Assembly (NCBI GenBank): GCA_050575255.1
Contig: JBNZDD010013726.1
Location: 682,001 to 746,000 of the forward strand
Direction: 5' to 3'
From: Harriotta raleighana
Lineage: Eukaryota
Length of the DNA stretch: 64,000 nt
This document shows positions 40,356 to 53,900 of the stretch, in pieces. The position numbers and the translations under genes are program-made. The notes below the pieces were generated by a model. That model worked only from the letters and a program-made list of their open reading frames with translations, was not told the origin of the DNA and searched no databases. How positions within the stretch are numbered: position 1 is the stretch's first letter; each line of letters begins with the position of its first letter.

Positions 40356-41235
40356 AGAATAATCCTTGCATTTGAGAATGCTACCAACACATCTGCATTT
40401 CAAGAGAACCAAAAAAGGTGTAGTCAATGATTGCTAACCAACAAATGTTACCTGATATTCAAATAATAGTCACCTGGATAAATATTGGAATGGAGGTGAA
40501 GGTTATTCGGCAATAATGAGTTCTGAACAATGACAACATCACATAAATCAGATGGAAATATTTGGAAGTCAGGGAAAGATTTTGCATAGCTTTACCTCAG
40601 GCCAAACATGAGATAAACGGTGTGTTGGCTGAACAAAGCAGATATGATTGGCCTATTCTTGTTACATTTTCATATTATTAGGGTGTCCTCCCAACGTGAA
40701 AGGCGCTCAATAAATGTAATTTTGTTGTTGTAATTTTTTTGGTGTTGTTGTATTCATCTTCTCTCCCTCAATAAGTTTCATATTCCTCATCATGAACACA
40801 ATTTGTAAAGAAGTTCACTGCAAAAAATGCAATATAATTTTTATAAAATACAATTTAGTTCAAGGTGTACTAAATGTTAAAAGTAATTTAGTGGACAACT
40901 GAATGTTCACAAATACATAAAGACTACAATACATCCCTTTTGAAAACCCAGTGTTCTACTACTAAGATCAATATACAATTTCCAACTATTGTTTTCATAC
41001 CATCTGTCAACAGCAATAGAACTTCCTTAATAATTAATGCACATAATATGCTGTAAGACCTCAGGGCAAGTTAGTTATTTCAAAATCATTGGTGGAAAAT
41101 AGTGAACTCCTGTATTTACTTCTCAAGCAAACACTTCCTCAAACTTCAAAATATATATGGGCTGTCATATTCTATAACATCAGGGTGGTCCAACTTTTAG
41201 CTGCTGTGGGCATATGCCCAATTTGAGAAACGTCC

Positions 41236-41735
41236 ACAATAACAAAATTACATTGGTAGAGTGCCTTTCATGTCGGGAGGACATCCCAAGGCACTGAACT
41301 GTCATGGATCAAGAGGGTTGGAGATAGGGTTTGGATCAATGGGGGTAAAGAGGTAGGAGAGCGGCTGAAGGCACGGTCGAAAATGAGGATCTTGTCGGGC
41401 CATGAAGGAGGCAAGAGAGGGAGCAAAGCAAAAGGGTTGTAAAATGGAGTTCCAATGGGTTGGGGCAGAGAGGCTGAAAGCTGATGTTAGCGCGGTTCGA
41501 GTGGGAGACATGGTGCAGGCCAGTGCCTGCTGGGCGTGGGGGAGGGCAGAGGTTGTCAGGAGGTCAGTGGGTCAGAGAGGACAAGGTCGTGGAGGGTCAT
41601 GAAAGTGAGGACAAGGATTTTTTAATTCTATCCTCTGAGGGATGGGAAGCCAGTGGAGCCGGGCAAGAATGGGGATGATGGGGTCACAGAGCCTGGTGTG
41701 GAAGAGATCATGAGCTGCAGCATTTTGGATGATAG
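41236..41735 (-). mobile_element. L2 3' fragment
   Basis: IIQNAAAH...LARLHWLPIPQRIE and AFSLSAPTHWN in minus ORFs; L2 tail at ~41240-41300. Confidence 0.82.
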
Positions 41736-42099
41736 ACCACATAAGCAATATTTTTGTGATTTCATTCCCGAAACATAACACCAACATTTAAACAGGACCT
41801 TTTACAACGAGGAGAAGTTTGGACTCAGCTGTAATACCACCCTCATAGTCAAAAAGTCTGCTGTCACTCACCATCTAAAAACTCACATGTTTAGTAGGGT
41901 GACCAATTCCCATGGAATCATACCTGAGCATGATTCAATGTTTGCAGCAGAGGGAAGAACACAAAAATCCTACTGAAAATAAAATACAATTTCTCACAAA
42001 AAAAACTGATTCACTGAATCAGGATACAATCTCAGGGTCAGTTCAATACTCAGCTATGCTTTCTCCCTCACATTCAATCTCTGACCAAGACAGCTTTTT

Positions 42100-42550
42100 C
42101 TCACCTCCGACACACCACTCACCTCCACCGGCACTTCATAGCAAATTCCATTGAAATACTGCACCTGCTTTTGTCACTCGTCAAATTTATTTATTCATCT
42201 CCTCAGTTTTACCATCAGAAGATCCAGTTAATCCAAAACTCCACCACTCATATCCACACCAACACCAAACTCTACACATACATCATCCCAATCTTTGCTA
42301 TGCTTCACTGGCTCTGAACTCATCGACGGGACCTTTGTATATAAATCCCTAAATGCCCTAGTGCCTCCTTATCTCACTGATCTACTGGTACCCTACTCCT
42401 CTACTCATCCCCCTCACTCGGTAAATACATGTCCTTTCCCGCTATGTGTCACCATCAGTGGTCAAGCCTTCAGTCAGTACATCCCCATCTAACTTGGGCC
42501 TATCTATCTTTAAATCTCACTATAATACCTATCTCTTTAACCCAACCTTT
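42100..42550 (+). mobile_element. Highly degraded L2 fragment; last recognisable TE before the GBF1 promoter
   Basis: VYKSLNALVPPYLTDLL.PY...TISGQAFS in ORF 42295-42492. Confidence 0.55.
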
Positions 42551-43179
42551 CCATTAAAAAGTGAAACCTTAGATACCACAAATTTAGCTGAACAGAATTC
42601 CTGCAGTAAACTAACAAGACACTGGTATTATATTTATTTGTTGTACACTTGTTTGTTAAATATAATAGTTTGTTTTCAAAACAACATTCACAATTGGCTT
42701 CGTTGTTACTATAACGCAGCAGCTAAAGACAATAAAGTTTAAAGGGTGTTTAGGTCATTTACAGCTTGTTTAAAAGTAAAATTGACAAAAACCTGGAAAC
42801 TCTGGGTAGCTGGTGCTTATTGAGGAACCACAACATTGTTGTCAGTAAATAAACATTGTAACAAAATAAGGAAATTGTGCTCTCTCTGCTCACAGTGTCA
42901 ACAGTGGGCTGTATTCGGCCCTTTTCTATTATTGTGCGAACTTTGTACAAGAGGTTGTGATCCTTTAGGAACCTAGGAAAACCACCATAATATGCAAACA
43001 TGATATTATCATTTGCAACAGCCATTTCACACCATTTAACTAAACCCTCAGCCTGGTTGCAGATGTCACTCTTACATCTATTCTTAACGCGCTTCAGGCA
43101 GTATTTTAAGCCTTTCTCTGTGGCGAATAATAAATAAGGCTTTGATCAGTGACAGGCCTTGCCAACTGACTTGCCAACA

Positions 43180-43860
43180 CTTCCACTCCCGTTCGCCGCG
43201 TATCCTGCGCAACACGAAGGCCGTTAGCCTGCTCAACCTGGATCCGGAGGTAGTTTGGAGAGTGGAAAGGGAGATGTCACCCTCCTAAACCAAGCCATTT
43301 CTTTAGTAGGAACAGGAATTGTTGACCTACCCCCGGAGACTTCCAACAAATCCAAAATGGCGGCCTGGAAGCTCACAGCGGCTGACGGGAAACGGTCAAC
43401 GGTAATAAAACTCGTCAGTTGTGTGTATTTTTACACGAACCAACGAGCAACTGCGTGTTAACACTACATCTCACTCTGACAACCGAATCCTTTTTTAAAT
43501 AGAAGAAACAATCTTTTTTTTAAAAAAGAAGCGATTGGAATCGGTTGTTAGGGCTCGTCCCCTCGGAACCGGCTTTCGGTGTCAACTCTCTTCTTACTGA
43601 CGTGGTAAGCAGGCTGGGGTTCAACCTAACCTGCTAGCCACCAAATCCCGAGGTTGACGGCGAGTCTGACCAATCGACGATCGCGCTTTACGCTCGGTGG
43701 ACGGAACGGCGACACGCCAGACCAATAGGAGCAGCCAGATAGGTTTGGGGGCGGGGACTGGGCGGGACCCTTTCGCAGTCGAGTTCGGTCGAACCGACTG
43801 AGCTTTTCGCAAAGGCTGCCGGGACGTGATGCTGTGATTTCCATTTCCTCAAACATGCTC
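43180..43860. promoter_or_regulatory. CpG-island promoter of GBF1, probably bidirectional; the non-coding GBF1 exon 1 is probably here (candidate minus-strand donors near 43330 and 43075)
   Basis: Abrupt rise in CpG. YY1-type motif CAAAATGGCGGC (~43353-43364), CRE-like TGACGT (~43598), CCAAT boxes (~43533 reverse, ~43670, ~43722), GC boxes GGGGCGGGG/GGGCGGG (~43747-43767). Lies 5 kb upstream of the GBF1 ATG exon. Confidence 0.8.
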
Positions 43861-46397
43861 CTGCTGGCTGCTGGCTGCAGCTCAGTCTGTCTCTGTGGTC
43901 ATCCGGACTTTGACACTCTGCGATTTGCTTTGGATTTCACAGTCCCGTTTGCGGCGAATCCTGGAAGCTTGAAGCACCGGCTCCATTCAGATATAAAGAA
44001 AGATATTCAGTCTCCCCCCCCCTTCTCGGTGTCTGTTGTGTGTGTGTGTATACGTTGTGCTTTTTGGAGATCCTGTCCTGGCAGTGAACTCGCAGCAGAT
44101 GTACCATGAACCCTGAACTCTGTGCAATGTTCGGCGACATTTAAAAGAATGACGTGGCACACTGCACCAGAAAGTGTTTATTCTTTTCAAGGCATGTAGG
44201 AAAACCGTAAACGCCTACTTACTATAATATTAAAATAAAGTAATGTATATGGACCAAGAATTTTAAATCCCTGCTCATCCTGCCAAATGAAATCCTATTA
44301 CTGTATATACGACAAGGCAATATAAGAGTGGATTTGCTTATCACTATCCCAGCCAGTGGTAAATATACCTAGCACAAATGTGAACATGAAAACATTTGTT
44401 CTTATCACTTGAGGTACTTGAGTGAATAAGGAGATAATTTGAAAAGTCAAGGTCCTAAACTACCAGTACTACCAAAGCCAAGCAAACAATGTGAATAAAA
44501 ATAAGAAATAGAATAATTTGAATCTCCATGGACATACTCTCTTCATTCTTGAAAAGACTCGATCAATTTCTTAGGAAGCTACCATCCGAGGTACAACTTA
44601 AACAACTGAGGAAGAATCCTCACTCGTCGACTGCAGTTGTAAAATAAAGAATACGAAAATGTATTAAATGTCATACAGACCGTTAGAAGGAATGGTTTAA
44701 TGCTGTGATATGTATTTCATAAGACATGTGAATATGGTAAGGTAGATAGTTGATTGCAGAATCCACTCGTTTTTTAAAAGGTTCACAGTACAAGAAAACA
44801 TTTTCAGAAGTCCAGGGAAATAGTCAGAGCATATTTATTTTTAAGGCTCCGAATTCGTTAATTCTCAACTTTCAGTGCATATTGCATGTACATGCATTTA
44901 GCCAATCCAATCTTCCTAAACGGTTCTGAATGAAACGAGGGGGATGGGACATTGCAGTGTATCTGAGTGGGCAGGACTTCTGTGTACAGAGTGGTCGCGT
45001 CGATTCGTAGCTGCCGATGATGTTGCCATAAAATCAATCCTTCCAGCAAATGGGATCCCATAGCCTGCTTTTCAGCGAGACTCTCCGTGCAACTGCAAAG
45101 ACCTGGCCGCGAGTTTCCCAAGGAGCTCTAATTTTGACAGCTAAAGGAACCACTAATCTTCGGTAAACTTATCCTATCCCCGGATTTATTCATTTAAAGA
45201 GAGATTTGCTGTAAGTGATTGCAGTATCGATTATTTCCATTGATAAACGTTTAAGAAACGCGGATTGGTGTTTTTTTTAATTATTGCTTGGTAATTATTA
45301 TGTCCGATAATATTTCTTTATTAAAAACGCAGTACACATTTTTATTAAATGCTCGTGTTTTCAAATAAGAAACTTCCAAAAATTCTGAATTTACGGTGCC
45401 GCTAATCTTCCGTAAAGCAAAGCAATGTGTGATTTATGTAATCTGTGTATGTTTTCTACATTCTACGACGTGTTTAAATGACGGTGGTACGATTTGAATT
45501 AATGGTTTGTTGTATTGTTTCCGAACTTTTTGAAGTCTGACCCTATTACCACAGCAATCCACAGACTAGGCTTCTCCATGATTTCGCACGTTAAACCTCA
45601 TGTGCCTGAATGACCTATCCCCTTATGTTCAGAGCTCGGTATTAAAGGCGTGCTAACAGGATGATATATTGAGAATGATTAATCTGTCGGGAAAGTTTCT
45701 CCATTTTGACTGCAGGTGAATTTTACTTCTTTTGGCAAGCGTGTTGAATTAGATTTTTTTTAAATGGATTGCGTTTGTTTTCTGTGTGCAGAAATTCCTG
45801 CCTTTTACTGCTTGAATGTTGGCAGGGCCGGGGCGATTGGTTCCGCGTGTCAGGTCTAATACCTTTTGCAAAATATATGGTGGCAGCAGGAAGGAAACGA
45901 TTTTACGAACTTCGTACAATTATTCGACCGCTTAACAAGGAACAGATTGAAACTAGAGCTGCCATTTTCAGCTATTCAAAAATGAAGCAAGAGTAACTAC
46001 AAGAGTTTCTTCCAAATATTGTACTGCATGAAACTTAAACAAATTAAGTTATATTTCGAAATGTACCAATTGCGACAAATTGAAGACTGGTCTAAGGTAT
46101 GAGAACCCGCAAGCACCATAAAATGGAACAAAAAGCGTTTGTAATAAAATCTACCCTTTTTTTTTAGAACTTGCTTTTAAATCACGAATGTATCTTTAAG
46201 CTTTTTGTGACTTTCAAAGTCTGCCAAATGGCACCAAGAAGGCATCAACGTACAATCTACCATTTAAACACGTACTGTTCAAGAATCTACTCAAGTAAAA
46301 TACCTAGAACCAGTGATAGATGCCTTTTCAGGCACAAGCCCACCAGTAAAAAGTAAAAAAAAGTTGCGAAGTAAAACGTGAAACCTTTCCCAAGGTA

Positions 46398-46420
46398 TGT
46401 GTGTGTGTGTGTGTGTGTGT
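46398..46420. repeat. (GT)n microsatellite; a (CA)n tract also lies at ~58937-58959
   Basis: Read directly from the sequence. Confidence 0.9.
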
Positions 46421-48519
46421 TTTTGGCCTCGACTGTCAAAAACAGTAATTAAAATTAAAAACACGTCAAATGTCTTTTTCTTTCTAAATGGTTCAAACCG
46501 ACGTAACATTTTCAACAAGGTCAAGAGCACTTTAACTTATTTTCGCATTCCTCGAAGTAATTAATTGGCTGGAGTGTAAAGGATATTGCACCCGCATTAT
46601 TGAAGGCTACCAACAAGCACTTTAGACTTTCAAGTGAACACGCCATGGGAAAGGCGAAACATTGTAAGTGGAAGTAGGTTTGCTTTCTGATATCCTCAAA
46701 TCCAATCCGTGTAGGCCGAGAAAGAATAAGTGCCTCTCAAAAATATACCGCTCTCTATAGCTGGGGAATGAACAAAAGAAATCTTTCACGATTGTGCTGT
46801 GTGGTTTGGGTGGGAAATTGATGGCTGGCAGGTGCACCCTGGTCACAGTAGACTCTGTAGAAGACTCACAAACTTTCAGTCTGTTTGCTGCGCGGGAGAT
46901 CATTCAAGTTGGAGAAAGCACTGGAGATAAATGGACATTTGAGTGTTCGGAGTCAAGGGGAAAGCCTCTTTAAATAAATATGATGAGTAATTAATAGTGA
47001 AACGATTATACAGGGGGAATAATAGGTTTCACAGGAACAGCATCAATCGTTTTCAGTTCAGAGTTTCACCGCCTTGCGAGCAGAGTTGGTGAGTAATGTA
47101 GGATAAATTGTATATATAAGATGTTGGAATTAAAACGGATTGAGGGAAGCGTGCATTTGCCAGTAATTTTAAAAAGCATGGAGTTAAAACAGCGAACCCA
47201 TTGTATGTGTCACTTTTTTTTTGCTAGAGGAGTTTGTGGAAATAATATTTCTATCTCCTATCAGTTTTGCACATGCGAACTTCAACATGAACTTACGAGA
47301 GAACATGTATACGAGGCATATATTGCCAAAACATGTAAATGTAACGCCTCTGCAACGGAATATGACTTCCTAATCCACGAAGAAAACCAAATGTACAAAA
47401 AGAACAATTCCATTGTTCAGGTTGAAAGCAGACTGGGGGAATGATAGCTGTAGACATACAAGATCATAACAATTTTGCACTAACCGTATCTAATACTTCC
47501 AGATTTTAAAATGTCATTGAAATAATATAATATTGTATTTGAAATATCGCACTGGAGTCTTTTGCTCGGTTTTTAGATTTCCGTGGATTTAAATTGTCAA
47601 GACAGAATGCTCCACTTAAACTGTCGAGATTATTTAGTCATGCAATAAAACAGGCCTTATTCTGTTTCATTTTTTCTCTTTACCAATACATTTTGATTTT
47701 AAGCGTTGACAGAAATCAAACGCGTCTGAAAATATCTGTTTATAAATGTCGCTGCACAATAAATAATGTCAGATATTTGAGTGGCGATAGAATATAAATG
47801 TTTTATTGATATCATATTGATTGGTGTGAAGTAAAACAGTGATGTCTTTCGGCTATTGATTTGAATTGTGAAACACAACCTATTCCTTGTTCAAAGGCGT
47901 CCGTTTTCAGCTAATACCAGGGTCCATAGGCGCTCAGGGCAAGGTTAACAACAGAACGCAAATTTGCTTTGCCGATAAAGCTGCTGTCAGAAATATTCTC
48001 AATACTTCTTTATCGACTTCAACTTTGATTATTCTTCAAACCCAAAGTGTCATTAAATAGTTGGTGTCCGAGTGTAAGGTACATTTGGGGGGTTGTGGGG
48101 GGAGGGGGTGGGGGGGGGGATGCCGCAAACGCATGTAGAATATAGAACAGACACATATACACTGGGAAGTTGGATATTTCTTCCGAGTATTTGTCTATTT
48201 GATGATGTTTCTTGTGCTACATTCACACTCCATGTACCGACTGAGAGATGAACGAGTTTTATTTTGGTAACCAATATTCCAAGTGTTACAGGATTCCGCC
48301 GGGACTTTAAATATGTATGGATGAAGAGTGTAAAATACATGTTCATAAGTTTTCTAGTTTGAACCTTGAAAAGTACTCACTATGTTTAACATATTGGGGC
48401 GGGTGGGGGGGGGGTGGGGGGGTTACTGCTGCACGATTTGCAGAGCACTGAATTAACCCGACAACGGCGAGAAACACGAATCAGCTCCATTCCAGCTCAA
48501 CGCTGAATATTAATGCATT

Positions 48520-48583
48520 CGAACAGATTGGATAATAAATGTGACTTGTAATTAAATGAAGCTGTTGATGATCTGAGCGACCC

Positions 48584-48619
<36 letters not shown>

Positions 48620-49000
48620 ACCCNCACTCCCCACTTCCCTGAGAGAGACAGCTCTGGAGAAAGGAAACGCGCCTGGCAGATGCAATCAGATGCAAATGGC
48701 TGGAGAAGATCTGAAATTATCATCTACAAACATTCCGCCAAAATTCCATCTGCTCCCTCCGTATACATGGACAGATCGGGGAGCTGCCGCCTCTTAATAA
48801 GTTTTGGGACAGCAAATTGACACACATCTTAATCAAATCTTAATCCAAGGAATTAATTCCACGCGCGTTTATGTTTTTTTCCCCTCCTCTCTAGTGGACG
48901 AATTATAAGGTTGTGTAAAAGCGAAGCCGTGTCGCTGGTCACAGATGGAAGCATCTGATTCCATGAACTGCTGGAGACGATCGTGATTTATTTCACTGTC
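48520..49000 (+). promoter_or_regulatory. Candidate PITX3 upstream promoter/enhancer block
   Basis: Clustered CAGATG/CATCTG E-boxes (~48677, 48687, 48747, 48941, 48952), octamer ATGCAAAT (~48690), TAATCC (~48842), TAATTA sites, poly-C tract; about 2 kb upstream of the ATG exon. Confidence 0.35.
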
Positions 49001-50838
49001 CGCTTTACACTCGGCTTTTCAACCTCAGGAGATGCTGTTCTCCACTATGGGCCTCGGATTCCATGTTGTAGAAATCCAACCAATGCTTTCAGATATCCCA
49101 CCTCCCTGTTTACTCAATCCAAAGTCTTTGCAGACAATGCCCATTGCATTTGTGTAGGCCTTCCCAACTATGTTATCCGACGGCACTGATTCAGATCAGT
49201 TCCAGATTTACATTGGTGGTTTGTAGCCAGCAAACCGCAGTTATAATTTCAGCCCCAAATCGCTCTTATCCGCGTCTGAATCCAAGTGAAGCAGACCTCT
49301 TCACATGAGCAAGGAAGCGCATACATAAGAGTTCTGTTAACCGACCACAAGTGCCAAATACATTTTTTTTAAAAAGGTTAAGGAGCTGGGAGTGAGCACC
49401 CCTCGCTTTCTCACAACATTAGAAACAACCTTTAATGGTTTGCAAGGAAGGTCTAAAAAAAGGAAAATTTAGAAGTTGGCTTTGCAAACATTGGGGTCAG
49501 GCTGGAGTGAGACTCCAGTGTGTGTATTGATTCCGAACCAGAAACGACTTCCTGGAAGTGTTTTCACGAACCACACTCCAAATCGAATCGATGTCAGTTC
49601 ATCTAACTCAAACAGATATAGTAGACTTTTAGCATTGATTCAGCACACTTTGTGCAGTATAACTGCAACATAAAACTTTCAGTGCGATGGTCTTAGGTTA
49701 GATGTGTTTAGTGTGATACAAGTGCTTTGATTGTATGGAGGTTGGAATACATAGCCCAGAATGTTTGTTACATTCATTTTAAAATCGAGGCAAATGTCCC
49801 TTTTTTTCTTTCACCCTTATCCATAAAATAAGAAAAACAAAATAGAAATAGCTTGGAAAAATGTTCCCAGTGCATTTAAGATACTCAAGTAAGCACCCAA
49901 TTACTTGATATAATCGATATCTCACAGGGGGGGATTAAACAAATGAGTGGTTAGATTTGGATAGATACTTAGCACTGTCGTCGATGGTTTGAAAGTTAAA
50001 TTGTTCATCAACATTATTATTCAAAAAATTGCTTGTTGTGTTGGAGATATGCTTGAATTACTGTGCACAGACCATGTTCAAGTCACTAAATGGTGGACTG
50101 GACAAATTCTCACCAAGTATAATTAAATGTTCATCTACAGCCTATGTTTAAGGCATCGTCTCCACATGTATTTACTGTCCACTGTATTTTATGTTAGATC
50201 CAGTGCTAGCCTACATTACCGGCGCCATAATCATTGCAAGTTGTTGCTATTGTGTCAAGCTGGGTTAGCACCACACAAGAACAGATCAATCTCCGCGTAT
50301 TTGAGCAAAAAATATCATAGGAGATCTTAACTACAATTTTCTGTGCAATAATTTGTTACATAAATCTTTGTAAATAGCGCTCTGTGTAAAAAAATTAGTT
50401 TTAAATGCCAATGATCATCAGTTATGTTCTTCCATTGATAATATTTTAAGTGGAGGTGTAGAATGTGACTCGATAATACACACGTCCCAATGTATAGTGT
50501 TAGGAGGTACATTTGTGTTGTTTATTCAGAATAAAGGTAAGATAAAGTTCCACCTGGAAACAAACCGATGCCTCCTTCCACTTGCAACTGAAATACGACG
50601 ATGGAGTATTATAAACAAAATTTTTAGCTTTCGAAATCGACCTGTTCTCCAATGAAAATGTTCACATCACAGTCATAACCTGGTAAATTAAAGCAATAAG
50701 CCGTGTCCTTGCTAAAATTGTGTATCTGTGCAGATATCGTTGCTGTTAAAACAAAAAAGAGAGAGGTCTTTGTTTAGACGAGATGTGTTGAAGTGAATTC
50801 AAATGGATGTGAATTGTTTTGCAGCTCAGGCTCCTCGG

Positions 50839-50965
50839 ATGGAGTATAATTTGTCGAGCGGGGTTTTGACCGATTCGGACGCTCCGGACCACAGCCCTAT
50901 GACTCTGTCAGACTCCGGGACCCCACAACGAGAAACGATCTGCAAAACACAACACGAGAGCAGCG
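50839..50965 (+). CDS. PITX3: PITX3 first coding exon
   Basis: ttgttttgcag acceptor at 50824, ATG at 50839, MEYNLSSGVLTDSDAPDHSPMTLSDSGTPQRETICKTQHESS plus G|gtgagt. The LTDS..SP..LSDSGTPQ..CK motif is typical of Pitx3 N-termini. Phase 1 fits the next exon. Confidence 0.9.
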
Positions 50966-53900
50966 GTGAGTTGATTCGCTTCTAAATTGCAATGGCAGGG
51001 CATTCAATGCATGCTCTGGTGGGGAGGGACAGTTGTAATATGGACAGTTAGATGATGTAAAGAATTAGATTGTAAAGAGACAAACATTTGACTAATCCTG
51101 TAGAAAGCTGACTGCTTGAAGGCACACATATAAGAAGAAAAAAAAAGCAGAGAGAATGATGATCAAGAGAAAAATGGACAGATGAGGGAAGGCAGTCTCT
51201 ATCAATGATATCCAACTTGAGGAGCTCCAGTAATCCCAGCGACCTCCAGTGGTTGGTTAATGAATCAGGGCTGCAAGGATACAGCAGAATCAGGTTTCAT
51301 CAACTTTTATCAACCCATATTTCGGTGCTGATGTTTCCCAAATGAAGAGAAATAAATAATCAGTATTACAATAATACTGTAAGTGAGCATCTACTCTGGC
51401 CAACAGGATTGCAAACGGTAAATTCAAATAAGATAAAAGGGGAAGGTGACAGAATGTTGAGTTCATAAAATGAATTTCAATACAATACATGTAGATTGTT
51501 TTTGTCGAATTGGGACAATCTCAGTCTGGGTTCAGACTCATGCCGGTGTATGTCAGAGTTGAGAATTGGGTCAAAATGTGTTCGATTATTCCCGAGGAAT
51601 CCTATGCAAAGCCATTATTCCCTGAGCATCTTTATTAAACAACATGTTGAACGGTTTTGAAAGAGTTCCAATTTACAAATCTGATGTGAAATAAAAATGA
51701 AACTTTGAAATACCACGGTAAATGACAAAATATTCACTCCTTTCGTCGAGTAACTGTATCATGATGTTCAATTTGCTCAGAGACTATGCACCCTGTAATC
51801 TTCCCGAACATTTTCTTGTTAATGGGAAGTCGTGTAAGCAGTTCAAACAATTTTGGAAATGTTTTGTTTGGCAGTTTTCTGAAGGTTGCAGAAAGTTAGT
51901 AACTCACTTGCCATTTGGTGCTTTTTAAATTTTAAGGATGAGAATACAAACTTATTGATGAATGACTAACTATCCGCGACATGCTGATGTATGCATCACC
52001 TCTGTAAATATAATACATATCTTATATACATATTTGTCTCATATCACAGATTTTCATCTGATGATCGATGTAACATGTATAGGAACAAAATCGTACACTG
52101 ACACTCATGATATATGGAGAAAATTATTCGTGAGAATTAGGCTATAAAGATATCCAATCATGGACTGTGCTGCCAGAATGTCTTTTGTTTGTGCAAATAG
52201 CTATTAAACCACCGGTAGGGAGAGGTGCAAACACACATTTGCATTTATTTGTTTTTCCGCCCTTTTATATAGGAACCCAGTAAAAAACATAAATATTTTA
52301 ATCTCAAATCTAACAATGTATTCGGGGTCCAATGTTTTTCCTGATGAAATAAATCTGAGCATAAATTATAGGATTTTCCGTAAATATTCTGACAACCACA
52401 ACTTATATCATGGGTGATGCAAAAGGGCATTTCATGGGGTTGGTTTGGGATCTGTCAAGCATAATTCTGAACCTGCGTTCTTTTGGGTTCATTTTTGCTA
52501 TATTCAGACGCGGACAATTTGGTTGAATTGCATTTATTTAATACCTGCTGGTAATTCCCTGAGATTCATAACGATTTTCCCTATAAATTTGGGAGGCGGG
52601 ATTTCCAGGAAGTTTATCATATGTCCAAGTATACAAATGTGGGGACTTCAACGGTGGTCAAACGCAAATCATTGAGCTGTATTTAAACCAAAGCGTAAAC
52701 AATTATAAAGAAAAGCGTTTTCTTTTGTATTTCTGATGACATTTTTAAATGGTCCATCTCGACTTTTACTTTTTAAGCGTTTCGATTTTAAAAAAAAGAT
52801 TCAGGACTTCTGAACCACTCGTAACTAGTGTCCAAACTGGTAACTTTGGTAAGACTTTGGTAATACTGAAGCAAAAGACACCCCTCTCTCCAAAACAGAG
52901 ATAGATTTTAGGTTTCAACCCTATAATGATACGTTTATGTGTTTCATAGCATCCATCAAACATCTAAGGAGATACTGATGTAAAATAAAAGATTTACGCC
53001 CTCGACAACATAAAATCCGATATATATTTCAAACATCACCCCATGATGTCCTTGAAGCATTAAGGCCAAACTTAACGCCCTTTCCTACATCCCCTTATAT
53101 ATTATCTGTATATTCCAGACTTGCTTGTAGGGTTGAAGTTTGCAGTCTTTCTTTGTAAATGGTCTCTCGAGTTTTCAACTGGATTAGCAAAAATCGAGAG
53201 AACCATAAAATGTACATTTCAACAAAGATTTAATCAGCTCAGGTCATTTCCGGTGGTAAAATCCATAGAGCGCAAATTTTAGATTGTTTTTCTCACTCTG
53301 GCGTTTGGACGTGAGGTGAGAAGAAAGGCGCAGATCCTGCAGTTCTCGGCTTAGAAGCAGAGTTTTTAATTGAATTGAAGGGAGTTGATTAAAAAGGGAT
53401 TGACGGTGCCCTGATCTGGCACGCAATGGGTTCTCTGTTTGAAAACCATCAAAATATTTACTTTCCAAAAGCTAATCTTTCACTGACAGATCAGTCACAT
53501 CTTTATTTGGTGGAGGTCTGGGTGCAGAAAAGGGGAGGCTGATCCAGTCAAAGGAAACGGAACGTTGAAAACAAGTAGCATGGGATTGAAGTGTTTTATA
53601 ATTGAAGTCGACATTTTCATGTGTTGGTATATTTTGCTTGGGTTGTTACAGCGAAATGGGACGGGCATTGCCCGTTATTTTGGTTGGAAATTTTCGGTGA
53701 CCCTAATGACGCTCTACATGGAATTTGTACATGGTACTTAATTGAGTTCGAAAATCTGTATTCGAGGGTCTTTTCTTTGCATTCAATTACCCGCGCGTTT
53801 CCCTGGGCTGTGTGAGCAACGTTTTATCTCTTCTTTGGACTTAGAATTATATTATTCGGAAACCGTGGCGATATTGTTTGACTTCATGCTGCAGGGGAAG

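Noticed and set aside
41180-41215. cagggtggtccaac, resembling a hAT/Charlie TIR
   Set aside because: No partner TIR or target-site duplication found; too short to support.
43621-44190. Several 60-90 aa ORFs over the CpG island
   Set aside because: Expected by-product of GC-rich promoter sequence; no recognisable homology or splice structure.
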